NCBI RefSeq assembly: GCF_018977255.1
Contig: NW_024704743.1
Coordinates: 45,076,001-45,140,000 of the forward strand
DNA from: Callorhinchus milii
Lineage: Eukaryota
Length of the DNA stretch: 64,000 bases
Reading direction: 5' to 3'
Part shown: one piece after another, positions 12,301-25,138 of the stretch
Numbering within the stretch: the first letter of the stretch is position 1
Layout of the letters: the number at the start of each line of letters is the position of its first letter
Translations under genes and position numbers: made by a program
The notes under the pieces: model-generated
What the model was told of the DNA's origin: nothing
Database searches by the model: none
What the model saw: only the letters and a program-made list of their open reading frames with translations

Positions 12301-14090
12301 GTATCAGGTCGGGGTCTAAACCATGCTGTTTACAACTGCTATGAATCTTTTGATCCCATGCTTAGAATGGAAAATTCCATTCTTAATCCATTCCGTATTT
12401 TTACATGTGCTGCATAATTAACTGAGCTTTCATGTAAATCGACTCACATAATTTTATGTATACAGCCATCGCTTCGCATCACATACACCACTGTAAAGAA
12501 TATAATATCATTAGCCCACAAAGGATAAAATGCAACATGAGGCTGCCCTGAAGCTTCATCCCCAAGCTTTCGAGGCTTATGTGCTATTCCTCATTTCATC
12601 ACATCAGTTCATCCACTCCAGCCTTGTTCAGTCACATCAGCTTTATTTATGTACTGTACTTTTCAGATGGTGGTTGTTTAAAGCTGGTTCATAATGCTTT
12701 GGTTGTGTGATTACCAGCAGCCGAAATCTGCTGCCAGATCTGTTCTCGGAATCATTTTTCTGCATTATAGAGCTGATTCTTTCCCTGGTTAGTAAATCTC
12801 ACGACTTGTGGGGTGAGTTCATTTGATTCTCCGCTGTGCTGTATGGCACGTATGCCATCTTTGGCCTTGGATATGGCTTTCTAAGTTCACACTGCCAAGA
12901 TTGGGACATGAACTGACCAGCAGAGAGTATAGACAATCTGTCAATCGTCCTTCACGTGCTGTGCTCCTGTGATCCTTTCCAATAGTTAAGAAAAAGTAGG
13001 ACTGTTTGTGGGACACTGCTGTGGGTTATTAGCTGCTGCATTTCGCCCACAAAATATAGTCAATTCATTTTATAGTACATTCTGTGAAGCACTTTGAGAC
13101 ATCTTGAAGATGTGGTAAGGCGCCATATCAACTGCAAGGATTATTATTATTATTATTGAAGGCTTTTGTATTCCAGCTGCAGTGACCCACAATAACATAA
13201 TTTAATAACATAACGGTTTTCAAACCTCCCCCAAAAATTACTCAAACTGAACATTTTGCACTTTTACAATGTGACTCATAATTCCAATTCAACCCTCAAC
13301 ACAAATCAGCAATTTGGACAGATGCTAATGTAATGGCAGTAGAGAAGCAGAGCCTTTAAGGTGAAGTGGGACACCCAGATAGAAGAAACTAGTGCAAATG
13401 GAAAATAAGATCTCTGGCACAGAGTAAATGGTAAGTGGCCAAGTATCCTTGCTTTCTTGGAAAAAACTAAACGAAAATAAATAGTAAGCTCCATGTAGGC
13501 TATTGTCTAATCGTTTTTTCTGCTTGTTTTTATTTTTTTGTATTGGACAAAGACCAGCTCCCAGTCAGTACTAGTGTAACCATTCTTTTGACAGTCTGAA
13601 GGTCCAGCACAGAAACATCTGGTCTGGTGCTCTCCCATTGTCCTGACTGCAAGAACCATCTCTGGCTGTGCTGTAGCAAGAACTCTATTTGCTTCAACAA
13701 CAACACTGTGATTGTGTTCACACCAATCCAAACAATCTTTGTATCATTGTGTCAAATGGAACATTTCTGCCCTCCACGTTTTGACGATATGCCCAAAACC
13801 TTTTTTGTACAATAACATTTTCTAAAATATATATTTACAGTGTGCTCTATTTTTATGACTTAATCTGTTAGCCCATAGCAAAAACGAACAGATCACATTC
13901 TTACCAACATCAAAATCACTTCATGATTTTGAGGAAATACAATATGATTTACATTTATATACATAGCACCTTTCACGGCAGGAGGATGTCACCGGAGCTG
14001 GGAATGGGGGCTGGGGGACTACAGGGAGATCAAAAGCGTGAAAAAAGAGGTACGTTTCAAGACGTGCCTTGAATGAGAATGGAGGATATA

Positions 14091-14380
14091 ATAATAATAT
14101 TCCTTGCATTTGATATAGCACCTTATCACGTTTTCGAGACTTCTCAAAGCGCTTCACAGAATATACTGTAAAGTGAATTGACTGTATATTTTATGGGAGA
14201 AATACAGCAGCCAATTGCGCTCAGCAGTGTCCCACAAACAGTCGTGGATTGAGTGACCAAATTTTTTTTAAGGAATTATTACCCCCGGAAAAGCGATCTG
14301 CCAATCGACTAACAACCAGGTTCCTACTTACTGCTCGGTAAACAGAGGTGTGTGGAGTAAGGAAACATGCCCAACATTTT
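14091..14380 (-). mobile_element. tRNA-SINE, long subfamily, head truncated
   Basis: Tail, body and central segment match the 57003 copy; no tRNA head. Confidence 0.85.
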
Positions 14381-14774
14381 GGTAGGAAATTAGCCCAATT
14401 GTTTCCATTGAGCATTTTTAATGTACAGATTAAAGTTTATAATTTAGGTATATAATTTATTTTTTAAAAAACCTTATACAATTAGTATTATTTCAATAAG
14501 GAACTACATTTTCAATAAATTATGGATTCAATAAAGTGTGCTTTTGGGTGATTGTGTCTCTTTGTTCCCAAACTGCAATGAGCTTGTCATGCATTATTCA
14601 TTGTTGAATTATTTCCAAATCTAGTCTGATTGAAAAATCATAAAGCAAGATATTCTGGAATCCTGCAGCTTTATAGTGAACTTCCGTTGAAATAGTTTTC
14701 TTCCCAATCTTTCCCCCTTTATCTGGATGCTCAGCATCATCTGAGCATTGCCGGACAGGTTGATGGAAACCGAT

Positions 14775-14955
14775 TCAATAACAACTTTTAAGAGAGAAGT
14801 AGATAGTTATTTGGGGAGGACATGTTTACAGGGCTATGGGAAGAGAGCGGGGGAGTGGGATTGAATTGGATAGCTCTTTTCAAAGAGCCGGCACAGACAC
14901 GATGGGCCGAATGACCTCCTTCTGTGCTGTATAATTCTATGATATAATTCTATGA
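14775..14955 (+). mobile_element. CR1-type 3' end fragment (second family)
   Basis: gagccggcacagacacgatgggccgaatgacctccttctgtgctgt followed by an (ataattctatg)2 tail. Related copies at ~40505-40640 (-), ~36640-36820 (-), ~45230-45380 (+) and ~49190-49420 (+). Confidence 0.72.
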
Positions 14956-15707
14956 TCTCCCCTTTCACTGGGAAACTGAGATGATCTAGACCTGCATTTT
15001 CTAGAAATTGATCAAACGGTAAGGCTCACATCTGCATGACAGTGTGTCTAACAGCTAAGCAAAAGAAAGAATGCTCTGAAGTACCCGATAGTTCTTATTC
15101 ACAAAGTGCCTGGGGAACTGCATAGTTCTTCAAAGGCCTTCTTGTAGAAAAGTGTATTTTGGAAGGTTATTATGTTTTGTGAACAGAAACAGAAGGGGTT
15201 TAAGTGATACACAGACCTAGGTCCAGAATCTAGAGCCCTGTGGTGGGGAAAGAAGCATTATGCTACTTAGAAGTTCTTCAAATAGGACTTTGGGAACCCA
15301 AGTCCAGTGTTCAAACTTCTTGTGCCTGATCTTGATTTGAGTTTCCTACACTTGAAAGGAATTTTTGATACTTAACCTTTGAGGGTTTGCAAAAAAAACG
15401 AATTTTCAGCCAATATGGTGTTGAACAAATTTACTTAATTCATAGAATTGTGACTGATGACTCAGCCCTTCTTATCAAGAGGGATACGGGGGATGTGCCT
15501 GACACGGTGAACAGCTATGGTTGTTTTCCATTAGTTCTCGGAGCCTGCCTCATGGTCATACAGTTTGACCTGAGACCTTTGTTGAATAGATGGCAGATGT
15601 TTTCACATTGTGGCTAAGGATGGGAGATTAGCCCTCCTCAATTTTTACTCTCTAATATCCCCACCTACCTATTTATCATACATTGCAGCACATCTTTGCT
15701 TAAAGTA

Positions 15708-17207
15708 TAACAATAACAACTTGCATTTATATAGTGCACTTCACGCGGGGTAGTGTCACTGGGCATTTAACAGTAGTGGAGCTTGATGCCAAGCTGGGGA
15801 GAAGGGGGAAATGATCCTAGGCAAGTTTGAAGAGGAAGGTCTTCAGATGTGATTTCAAGACAGGGAAGGAGGAGGCAAGGCAGAAAGATTGAGAAAGATA
15901 GTTCCATAGTTACGGGGTGTAGTGGCTTTACCACAGTAATGAAGAGATTTATAATTGACTGAGGATCTTGAATTCAACCCAGTCTGTAATAGAAAGCTAG
16001 TGGATTTGACAAAGACTGGGTGATGCAGGTGAGGCTACAGGCGGCAGAGTTTTGACTTAATTGGATTTTGTGGATGGTGGAGCTGGGGAGATCGGTAAGG
16101 AGGGCATTTGAATAATTGAAGCGGGAGGTGATGAATGCATGAATAAGGCTGCATTGGATGTGAGGTATAAGAACATAAGAAATGCTAGACGAAAAGAGAC
16201 CACGGTCCATCTAGTTCGCCTTCTACCTTCCTGATAGTCGCATGCATAGTTTGTCCCAAACTTTCTATGTACTATATCCCATAATGTTATTTCCTGAAAG
16301 AAACTACCTAATCTGTGTTTGAAAGAATCAACACTTCCTGCTTCAACTGTCTCCCTAGGGAGCCATTTCCCCAGGTTCACTATTCGCTCACTGAAATAGT
16401 GTTTGTATAGATTCATTTTGAATTTACCTCCTTCAATCGCAGGCTGTGTCGTCTGGTTTTACTATTCTGGACAAGTTGAAATAGCCTGTCATGATCTATA
16501 TTGTTTAGCCCCTTTAGAATCTTAAAGATAGCAATCATGTTGTCTCTCAACCTTCTCTTTTCCAGAGTGAACATGCCCAATTTACTTAGTCACTCCTCAT
16601 AGTCCAATCCTTCCATTCCCTCAGTCATTCTGGTTGCCCTCCTCTATATCTTCTCGATTTCTCCAATATCCTTTTTGTACTGTGGTGACCAGAACTGTAC
16701 TCAGTACTCTAATATGGTCTCACCATGGTCAGAGGCAGGCAATGTGACGGAGGTGGAGGAAAGTGGTGCTAGACAGGGACTGGATGTGGGATAGGAAGGA
16801 CAGTTGGCGATCAAACCTGTCACCTAGGTTCAGTAAGGCTGAGGGAAAGGATGGAGAGGTTTAGGAGGTTGGAGCCGCGAGTGAAAAGATGTTAATGGGA
16901 GCCAAGGAGTATGGCTTCCGTCGTGTCAACATTCAGCTGTAGAAGGTTGGCACTCACCCAGGCCTTGATGTCTAACAGACAAGCTGACAGAATATCAGTG
17001 GATCTGGAATTGCAGCTGGAGGAGGAGAAGTAGATTTGGATGTTGTCCACATATATATGGAAGTTGACCCCATGTCTACAAATGACATCACCGAGATGAT
17101 GCACGCAAATTAGGAAAAGAAGGGGGCCAGGATGGAAACTTAGGGTACCCCACAGGGAGTAAAAAATGTTTGCAGAGATGAAGCGATGGTGATTGACTTA
17201 TGTAGGA
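15708..17207 (-). mobile_element. 5'-truncated L2-clade LINE, interrupted by a CR1 fragment
   Basis: Minus-strand peptides CGVP, LGDVICRHGVNFHIYVDNIQIY (decayed YADD), LLQLNVDTTEAILLG and LIHAFITSRFNYSNALL. L2-type tail ctatataaatgcaagttgtt near 15710-15735. Confidence 0.85.
16170..16726 (-). mobile_element. CR1 3' fragment nested in L2
   Basis: Tail aagaacataagaa. Peptide KHYFSERIVNLGKWLPRETVEAGSVDSFKHRL, with LEY/VQFWSP-like coding near 16680-16726. Confidence 0.85.
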
Positions 17208-17534
17208 GATTGATTAAGTATTGGTGGTGGTTGGTTAAGTATGGCTTAAGTAGATGTTGTCGATAAAATGCAGTCACTATACTTAACAGTAAATCCAAGG
17301 AAGCTCTAGGATTCGGAGGGCAGAGCCAGGACAGCGCAGGGAGAAGCCGAGATCTAGCGGAGTGTATAAAGCCTGGCCGAGGTAAGCAGTCGTTGATTCG
17401 GAGGGCGGAGAGGAGCATCTGCAGAAAAACAACAAGTGACATCAATGTGACGTCACACGCAAAAGACAGAACCAGAAAAAAAACTAAAAAAAACTTAAAT
17501 AAAAGCCATAATCCAGAGTGAGAGAGAGGAGAGA

Positions 17535-18281
17535 ATGGCATGGCAGGTGTTGTGCGATGACTGCAGTATGTGGGAGCTGATGGAGGGCAGCCTGAGCCCG
17601 GACAACTACATCTGCAGCAAGTGTCTGCAACTGAGGAAGCTCCAGGTTAGAGTAGCTGAGCTGGAATCCGAGGTGCAGACATTGCGCGGCATCAGGGAAG
17701 GTGAGAGGTTCCTGGATAGTTTCATCCAGGAGACAATCACTTCCCTGAGGCTCAGTAAATGTATGGATCCTGCTACTAGTCAGGGACAGGACAGTGTGAC
17801 TGACAGTCAGGCAGGTAAGTGGACCCCGGAGAGAGTGGTGGAGAAGCCTCAGGCATTAAGCTTGTCCAACAGGTACGAGGTACTTGTAACCTGTGTGGAC
17901 AAGGAAGTTTGTAAGGAAGAGGATGGGCAAACTGACCCCAGCAGCTCTATACAGGAGGCCACACAAGCGGGGGGAGCAAAACGGAATGTAGTTGTGATAG
18001 GGGACGAGACAGTCAGGCGGACAGACACTCTTCCTGCAACCAGGACTCACGAAGGCCTCCGTTGCCTTCCTGGTGCCAGAGTTAAGAATGTCTCTTCAGG
18101 GCTGGAGAAGAATTTGAAACAGGAAAGGGATGATCCACTTGTGGTGATCCACATAGAAACCAACAATATAGGTAGGACTAGTAGTGACGACCTAAACATT
18201 CTGGGGTATTCGACGTATAGGAAAGATAGGCAATGTGGAAAACGGGGTGGTGGGGGGGGTAGCCCTGCTAATAAAGGATGA
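17535..18281 (+). pseudogene. CR1 ORF1 (zinc finger/leucine zipper plus SGNH-esterase-like), truncated and joined to the ORF2 endonuclease
   Basis: CDDC...CSKC, LQVRVAELESEVQTL, VVIGDETVR, CLPGARVKNV, VIHIETNNIG, followed directly by LNILGYSTYRKDR. Confidence 0.85.
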
Positions 18282-19757
18282 AGATAAAACAGTAGAGAGG
18301 AAGGATTTTAAATCAGAAAATCAGGATGTAGTGTCAGTATGTGTGGAGGTAAGAAACAACAAGGGGCAGAAAACACTAGTGGGAGTATAGAGCTCAAACA
18401 GCACTTACAGTATTGGGCAGGGTATTAATCAGGAAATTAGAGGAGCATGTAGCAAAGGGAATACATTAATAGTGGGTTATTTCAATCTTCATATAGATTG
18501 GGAAAACCAAATTGGCAAAGGTAAATGAGAGGATGAACTTTATAGAATGCATTAGAGATAGTTTTCTAGAGCAGTATGCTGAGGAGCCAACCAGGGAACA
18601 GGCTATCCTACACCTTGTTTTATGTAATGAAATAGGGCTAATCAGCAATCTGGAAGTTAAGGCTCCTCTAGGGCAGAGTGACCATAACATGATGGAATTT
18701 AACATTAAGTTAGAGAGTGATATAGTTGAATCCGAAGCAAGGGTCTTAAATCTAAATAAAGCCAACTTTATAGGTATGCGAGAAAATTTGGCTAAAGTAG
18801 ACTGGGAAATCAGAATAAAAAATATGACGGTAGACCAGCAATGGCAAACATTTAAAGCTATAATACATAATTCCCATCACATATTCCCTTGAAAACTGAA
18901 AATACCACGGGAAAAGTAGTTCAGCCTTGGCTAACTAGAGAAGTTAGGGAAAGTATAAAATTAAAAGAAGAGGCCTATAATACTGCCAAAATGAGCAGTA
19001 AACCTGAGGATTGGGAGGGCTTTAGAGATTAGCAAAGAAAAAACAAGAAACTAATTAAGAGGGAGTAAATGGAATATGGGAGTAAACTAGCTAGAGATAT
19101 AAAGACAGATTGTAAGAGTTTTTACAAGTACATAAAGAGGAAGAGACTATCAAAAGTGAATGTAGTTCCATTGCAGGCACAGACAGGAGAAATTATATTG
19201 GGGAATAAAGAAATGGCAGTCATTAAATAATTATTTTGCTTCTGTCATCACGTTAGAGGACAATGAAAACTTACTGAAAATAGAGGGGAACCTGGAGGCT
19301 AATGTTAGTGAGTAACTTAAAAAAATGAACATCAGTAAAGCAATAGTACTAGAGAAATTGATAGGATTAAAAACCGATAAATCACCTGGACCTGATGGCC
19401 TGCATCCTAGGGTTTTAAAGAAGTGGCTGCAGAGATAGTGGATGCTTTGTTTTTGATCTTCCAAAATTCCCTGGATTCTGGAATGGTTCCCATTGATTGG
19501 AAGGTCGCATACATAACACCGATATTTAAGAAGAGTGGGAGACAAAAAATGGGGAATTATAGATCAGTTAGTCTGGCATCGGTGGTAGGGAAAATTCTAG
19601 AGTCCTTAATTAGGGACGTCTTTGTGAGGCACTTAGAAAATCATAACATGATTAGGCAGAGTCAACATGGCTTTACAAAAGGGAAATCATGTTTAACAAA
19701 TTTTATAGAGATTTTTGAGGATGTAACTAGCAAGTTAGATAGGGGGAACCAGTAGAT

Positions 19758-20867
19758 GTGATGTATTTGGATTTCCAGAAGGAATTTGACAAGGTGCCAC
19801 ATAAAAGGCTATTACATAAGATTAGAGCCCATGGAATTAAAGGTAATATATTAGCATGGATTGGAGAGTGGCTAACAAGAAGAAACCAGAGAGTAGGGAT
19901 AAACGAGTCCTTCTCAGATTGGCAGGATGTGACTCGTGGAGTGCCACAAGGATCAGTGCTTGGACCTCAATTATTTACAGTCTATATCAATGAATTAGAT
20001 GAGGAAATAGAACTTAATATATCTAAATTCGCGGACGATACGAAGATAGGTGGGAGAGTAAGCTGTGAGGATGACACACGAAGAATGCAAAGGGAAATAG
20101 ACAGGCTTGGTGAGTGGTCAAGAAGGTGGCAGATGGAGTATAACGTGGGGAAGTTTGAAGTTATTCACCTAGGTAGTAAAAATAGAAAAGCAGATTATTT
20201 TCTAGAAGGGGAGAGACTAGGTAGTGTTAGTGTTCAAAAAGATTTGGGTGTCCTTGTACACCAGTCACAAAACGTTAGTATGCAGGTACAGCAAGCAAAT
20301 AGGGAGGCTAATGCCATGTTGCCGTTCGTTGAAAAAGGGCTAGAGTACAAGAGTAGGGACGTCTTGCTGCAGTTGTATAAGGCCTGGGTGAGACCGCACC
20401 TAGAATATCGTGTACAGTTTTGGTCTCCTTATTTAAGAAAGGACATACTAACCTTAGAGGTGGTGCAGAGTAGATTCATTAGGTTATTTCCTGGGATGAG
20501 AGGGTTGACTTATGAGGATAGGTTGAGTAAACTAGGCCTATATTCTCTAGAATATAGAAGAATTAGAGGTGATCTTGTAAAAACCTATAGGATTCTTAAA
20601 GGTCTTGACAGGGTAGATGCCATGAAATTGTTTCCCCTGGTTGGAGAATCTAAAACTAGGGGTCATAGTCTTAAGATTAAGGGTCAGCCTTTTCGAACTG
20701 AGTTGAGGAAACATTTCTTCACTCAGAGGGTAGTGAATTTGTGGAATTCTCTACCCCAGAAGGCTGTGGATGCTCAGTCCTTGAACATATTCAAGACTAA
20801 GGTTGATAGATTTCTAAAGGATAGAGGGATTAAGGGATATGGTCATAGGGCGGGTAAATGGAATTAG
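19758..20867 (+). pseudogene. CR1 ORF2 reverse transcriptase C-terminal part (open remnant)
   Basis: 369-aa ORF with RT motifs (PQGSVLGP, FADD) and the CR1 C-terminus (TRGHSLK...FFTQRVVNLWNSLP). Upstream ORF2 is broken, so it is not an intact gene. Confidence 0.9.
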
Positions 20868-23800
20868 GTTAGAAGATCAGCCATGATCTTATTAAATGGC
20901 GGGGCAAGCTCGAGGGGCCGAATGGCCTATTCCTGCTCCTATGTCTTATGGTCTCTTTGAGGCATCCCTCCGACATGAAAAATGCTATATCAAATGCATC
21001 AAGCAGTTCACATTTTTGTGGTGCCTTAAATATCGGGAGGATGTCTCAAAGTGCTTTACACAGCTGACTTGGTACCCGAGGCAAGGGTGGGTTGCTGAAG
21101 AGGATGGGGAAGAGAGCACAGATATCTGAAAGTATAAAGATGCAAAAGTAGATGGTGAAATTCCTTAGTTGGGGAGGCAGGAGAACGGGGGGTGCTGAAC
21201 AATCAGGTGAGACGAGAATCACAAGCAGATGATGGATGTTAAGTTGTAGCCAAATGGTCTTCCTTTCTGAGAAATGCTTCTGTCCAAAGGACTTGGAAAA
21301 AATAGTTGATTTCAAATCTTGTCTGTTGATATTTGCCAACTATCCTTGTAATATGGAGGAATTTAGTTTGTATCTGTGACTTGGCCTTGCAGGTATCCAG
21401 ATTAAATCTTATTATCTATGTACTCAATGATTATTAATCACATATTTGTTAGAGGAAGCTCTTTAAACATGTGAATTTGTTACTTTAAAGTCTGACACTG
21501 GTGTTATGGAGGAAAGCATGACAGCTAATCTGTCCCAGCAACATCCTATGAACAGCATTGAGACAAATGGTCAATGAATCTGTTTTTATTGAATTTGGAT
21601 GAGGAATATTGACTGGCTCTTCTTTAAAATAGTACCATGGGATCTCTAAGCATTCACCTAAATCACCAAAACAGGCAGATGGGATCTCGTGTTAACATCT
21701 CATCTAAATGGCATGAACTCCAAAGTGCAGTGCTCCCTCAGGATCAGCCTAGATTATGAGCTCAATCCTCGTGTGAGCCTGAAACTCTCACTCTTCTGAC
21801 CCAGAGGCAAGGGATGCCACCGACTGAGCCATAATAAGATTTAAGGATGATTCACAGTGAGTGTGTCAGGAATGTCAGAAACTGCAGAGATCAGCAGGAT
21901 GTGACAGGTTGAGCTGAAGCCCACAAATCTTTATAAATTGTAAAGTAAATTTACCATCACAAGCTTACTATAACTGCTGGTTTGCGTTCAGTCATAGCAG
22001 TCATGCCTGAAGCTAGATCTTAAATCTAAAGATCAAATCTAAAGGCGTTGAGACGTTCTCCCTTCGGGAGACTACAATCTTTGAGAGTGAAACCTGGAAA
22101 TGGTACCTAGGTTTGCTTTCCTTCCATTTCACATCTTTCATATCCAGAAAAAAATTCTCCTTAACTAACCAGCCCAGAGACTAATAGATTAAGCTTCTGA
22201 TCTTGATATGCTGCTTGATGAAGTTCACATAGGCTACACTTTCTTCAAATGGGTCAAGTTCCTCTAAGCATCTCCACGTCCAAGGCTCTAGGGTAACCTG
22301 CAACATTCTGGATATATATATGTGTATATATAGCAGATGTTTCCTTTCAATGTGTTGATGTAAGCTGGACATGTATTTGCACGTAAGCAAAATTTAACCA
22401 CAGAACAAATTGCCAAAAGGTCTTCACCCATTATTATAGGCGGAATTATGCTTAGGGTGCCAATTATATCATTTGGATTTTCACAAAACTTGAAAAATGA
22501 ACACCTTATCTTTAGCAGCTCAATTCCTTTTGAAGGTGAATTTCCTATCTCACATTACAGGCAATTGTGAATCTAAATACTGTGTCTTTGAGCACTAATT
22601 TGCCACTTTAGTACTGCATGTATGACATGCTCTTAATGTATGTTCATTAAATGGTAAATGTTTTTCCTTGTTTTCAGGACAGACACAGGGGATGCAGAGA
22701 TTCTGTTGTTCTTTCAATATTCTGATTACATATCGTCATTTTTTTATCATGCCATTTCCTCTTTAGGTTCTTTTGAAAACAAACGTAAGTGTATTCTGAT
22801 TCACTTATAAAAGAAGTTGTCCACACACAAAAAAAAATTATTATTAAATTAATAGATTGTTCCGTCTTGTATTTTGATGGAAATTTATCTCAGAGGTATT
22901 TTAGTGACCTGTAACTTGGATGGAGGAAATAAAGCTGCCATTTATTGACATTTAATATTCTAGTGAACTTTTGTGGTGGAATCGTACACGTCAAGTTGGT
23001 CATATGAGACAATTACAACATTAATTAAATGGGAGAGAGATAAGTTCTGTCCAGTTAAAACATATCCTTTACTTGTCTAGGCTATTCACAAACAAATGTC
23101 TTTAGATTTGTCCAAAAATTTCAAATGAAAAATGTTTATTTTCTTAAATTGTTTACCACACATTTATCATGGCTGAGTGCTTATCCTCCCACAATTAAAT
23201 GAGCAGCAAAATTGTGAATCTAACCATGATAGCACTTGTATTATTATTGCAATATGAACTGTGAGGTACATGCCAGCTGTAGACCTCGTACTTCTGGTTC
23301 TTTCACTCTTGTGAACTACTGGATTACAGGATGAGTGAAGAGAGGGTGATGGTGGCTCAGTGCCAACCACTGTCACTATAATCCACTCATGTGCAATGTG
23401 TGCCAGTAGATAGTTAGTACTGTCACTGTTGAGTATGAGGGACACACTACCTACTTGCCAGCACCGATGCTGAGCTGAATATTTTGCTGTAAATCCTTGC
23501 AGGATATGTTGATGATTCTTCTTCGGATGAGATGTTAAACTGAGGTCCTGCCTGCCTGCTCAGGTGGACATTAAATGGGCACCATTCAAAAAGAGAAGGG
23601 AGTTTCTCCCGGTGTCCAGGCCAACAATCTGGCAAAGAAAACTGATCATTTACTTCATGGCTGTTTGTGAGGCATTGCTGTGCACAGATTGTCTACCACC
23701 TTTGCTCACAAAATATACAGTAAAATCACTTTACAATACATCCTGTGAAGTGTTTTGAGATGTCTCAATGATATGATAAGGTATTATAGCAAATACAAGG

Positions 23801-24806
23801 GTTACTTATTCACTGTATTTATCATTCATTGCTTACAAAAGATTTTAAAAGCAAATGTTTCATCTGCTGTAGAATATTGATTTTATTCTGGTTACTGAGA
23901 TTGAGAAGCATAATTGTAAGTGTTGGACCAATGTCTGTAATGCAGTGGCAGCTTTGATGGACATTGCTTTGTGCGATTAGCAAACAAATAGAAGATATTC
24001 CTTCGATGCTCATACAAATTCCTTACCGCTCTCCGATCATCAGTAAAGTTACCGACTTTGATGGTGAGCAAATCGTATTATTGTTGGTAAAGTTATCACC
24101 CTTAGCGATGTGACTTCTGCACTAAACTGTTTAAAAATCAGTGTGATTATTCATGTCCCACACTCTACCCGATTCTGCACAGGGGTTTCCTTTTGTTGGA
24201 TTCTGAGTGGTTTGTACACCAGTGTTTTATGCATGAGGACTATTAAAGTCAATTTTTTTTACCCATAAAATAAAAGCCTGGTAAAATGGGAGAGAAGCAG
24301 GCAGGGGAAGGAATTTAACATGAAAAGAGGGTAATTTTTTCAAAACTCCCAATTTATTTTGGAACATCCGCTTCCCATCTCTAACTGCGAAATTCACCAT
24401 ACACTCCAAAGCCAGTTCTGGTATTTGGCATCTGAGCGTATTCCCAGGACTAGGATTGTAGCCAACTGCATATATCCCAGAAGCTGGAAAAATCGCCTAA
24501 TTTGGAGTCAAAAATGTAATTTGGGTAACGTTTTTTATTTGATTGATTTTCACCAACAAAAATCTGTGTTTATCAGTGAAATACAGTAAAATAAATTATT
24601 TCATTGGGCTTTAGTTATGCAGGAGAGAGGAGTGCTTCTCTGAAACTTTAGGAACATAGGAAAGCAGTAACAGGAGGAGGCTAGTCAGCCTGTCAAGTCC
24701 ACCAGTTTCTAGGATCTGGCAGTCTTTTAATCCCAATAGGCACCCTATCACCATATTCCTTTATACCTCTTGATGTTTACTTGTACCTTCCATATTGTGA
24801 AGCGAG

Positions 24807-24845
24807 ATTTGATTGATTGATTGAATGATTGCTTGATTGATTGAC
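24807..24845. repeat. Imperfect (GATT)n microsatellite
   Basis: gatttgattgattgattgaatgattgcttgattgattga. Confidence 0.85.
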
Positions 24846-25138
24846 TAGATCAATAGTTCCAATTTGAAGGGTAATAATTTAAAAAACATTTGGTCATTCA
24901 ATCCATGACTGTTTGTGGGACATTGCTGTGCACAATTGGCTGTCGCATTTTGCCCACAAAATACAGTCAATCCACTGTATAATATATTGAGTATATTGAG
25001 TCTCAACGACATGATGAGGCACTATCAAATGCAATGATTATTATTATAATTACATATATAATTGTTTTGTTATAGAGAATGAAGACTATGAACTAAACAG
25101 GTTTAACTGTGCCTGATTTTCATTCTTTGCCCTTCTAG

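Larger units (their letters stand above)
17208..20955 (+). mobile_element. Near-full-length decayed CR1-clade LINE (5' UTR, ORF1, disrupted ORF2, 3' tail)
   Basis: ORF1 has CxxC..CxxC, a coiled coil and an esterase-like segment. ORF2 remnants include the endonuclease (LEQYAEEPTREQAILHLVL, LGQSDHN) and RT (KSPGPDG, SQHGFTKGKSCLTN, YLDFQKEFDKVPH, GVPQGSVLGP, KFADD, RPHLEY). The 3' end reads gggccgaatggcctattcctgctcctatgtcttatggtct. Several stops and frameshifts. The 5' boundary is approximate. Confidence 0.93.

Noticed and set aside
12667..12812. Possible cryptic exon (ttttcag ... ggg|gtgagt), 146 nt
   Set aside because: Frame-shifting with no coding similarity; such AG/GT pairs are expected by chance in a >25-kb intron
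17535..20867. RT plus accessory ORF as a retron, DGR or other novel RT system
   Set aside because: Motifs, order and 3' tail fit an ordinary CR1 non-LTR retrotransposon, and it is disrupted by stops and frameshifts
1..25138. Search for the RARB zinc-finger exon (GFFRRSIQKNM...) and a canonical DR5 RARE
   Set aside because: Neither was found by eye. The exon is probably upstream of the window. A TBLASTN and a PWM scan would be needed to exclude them formally.
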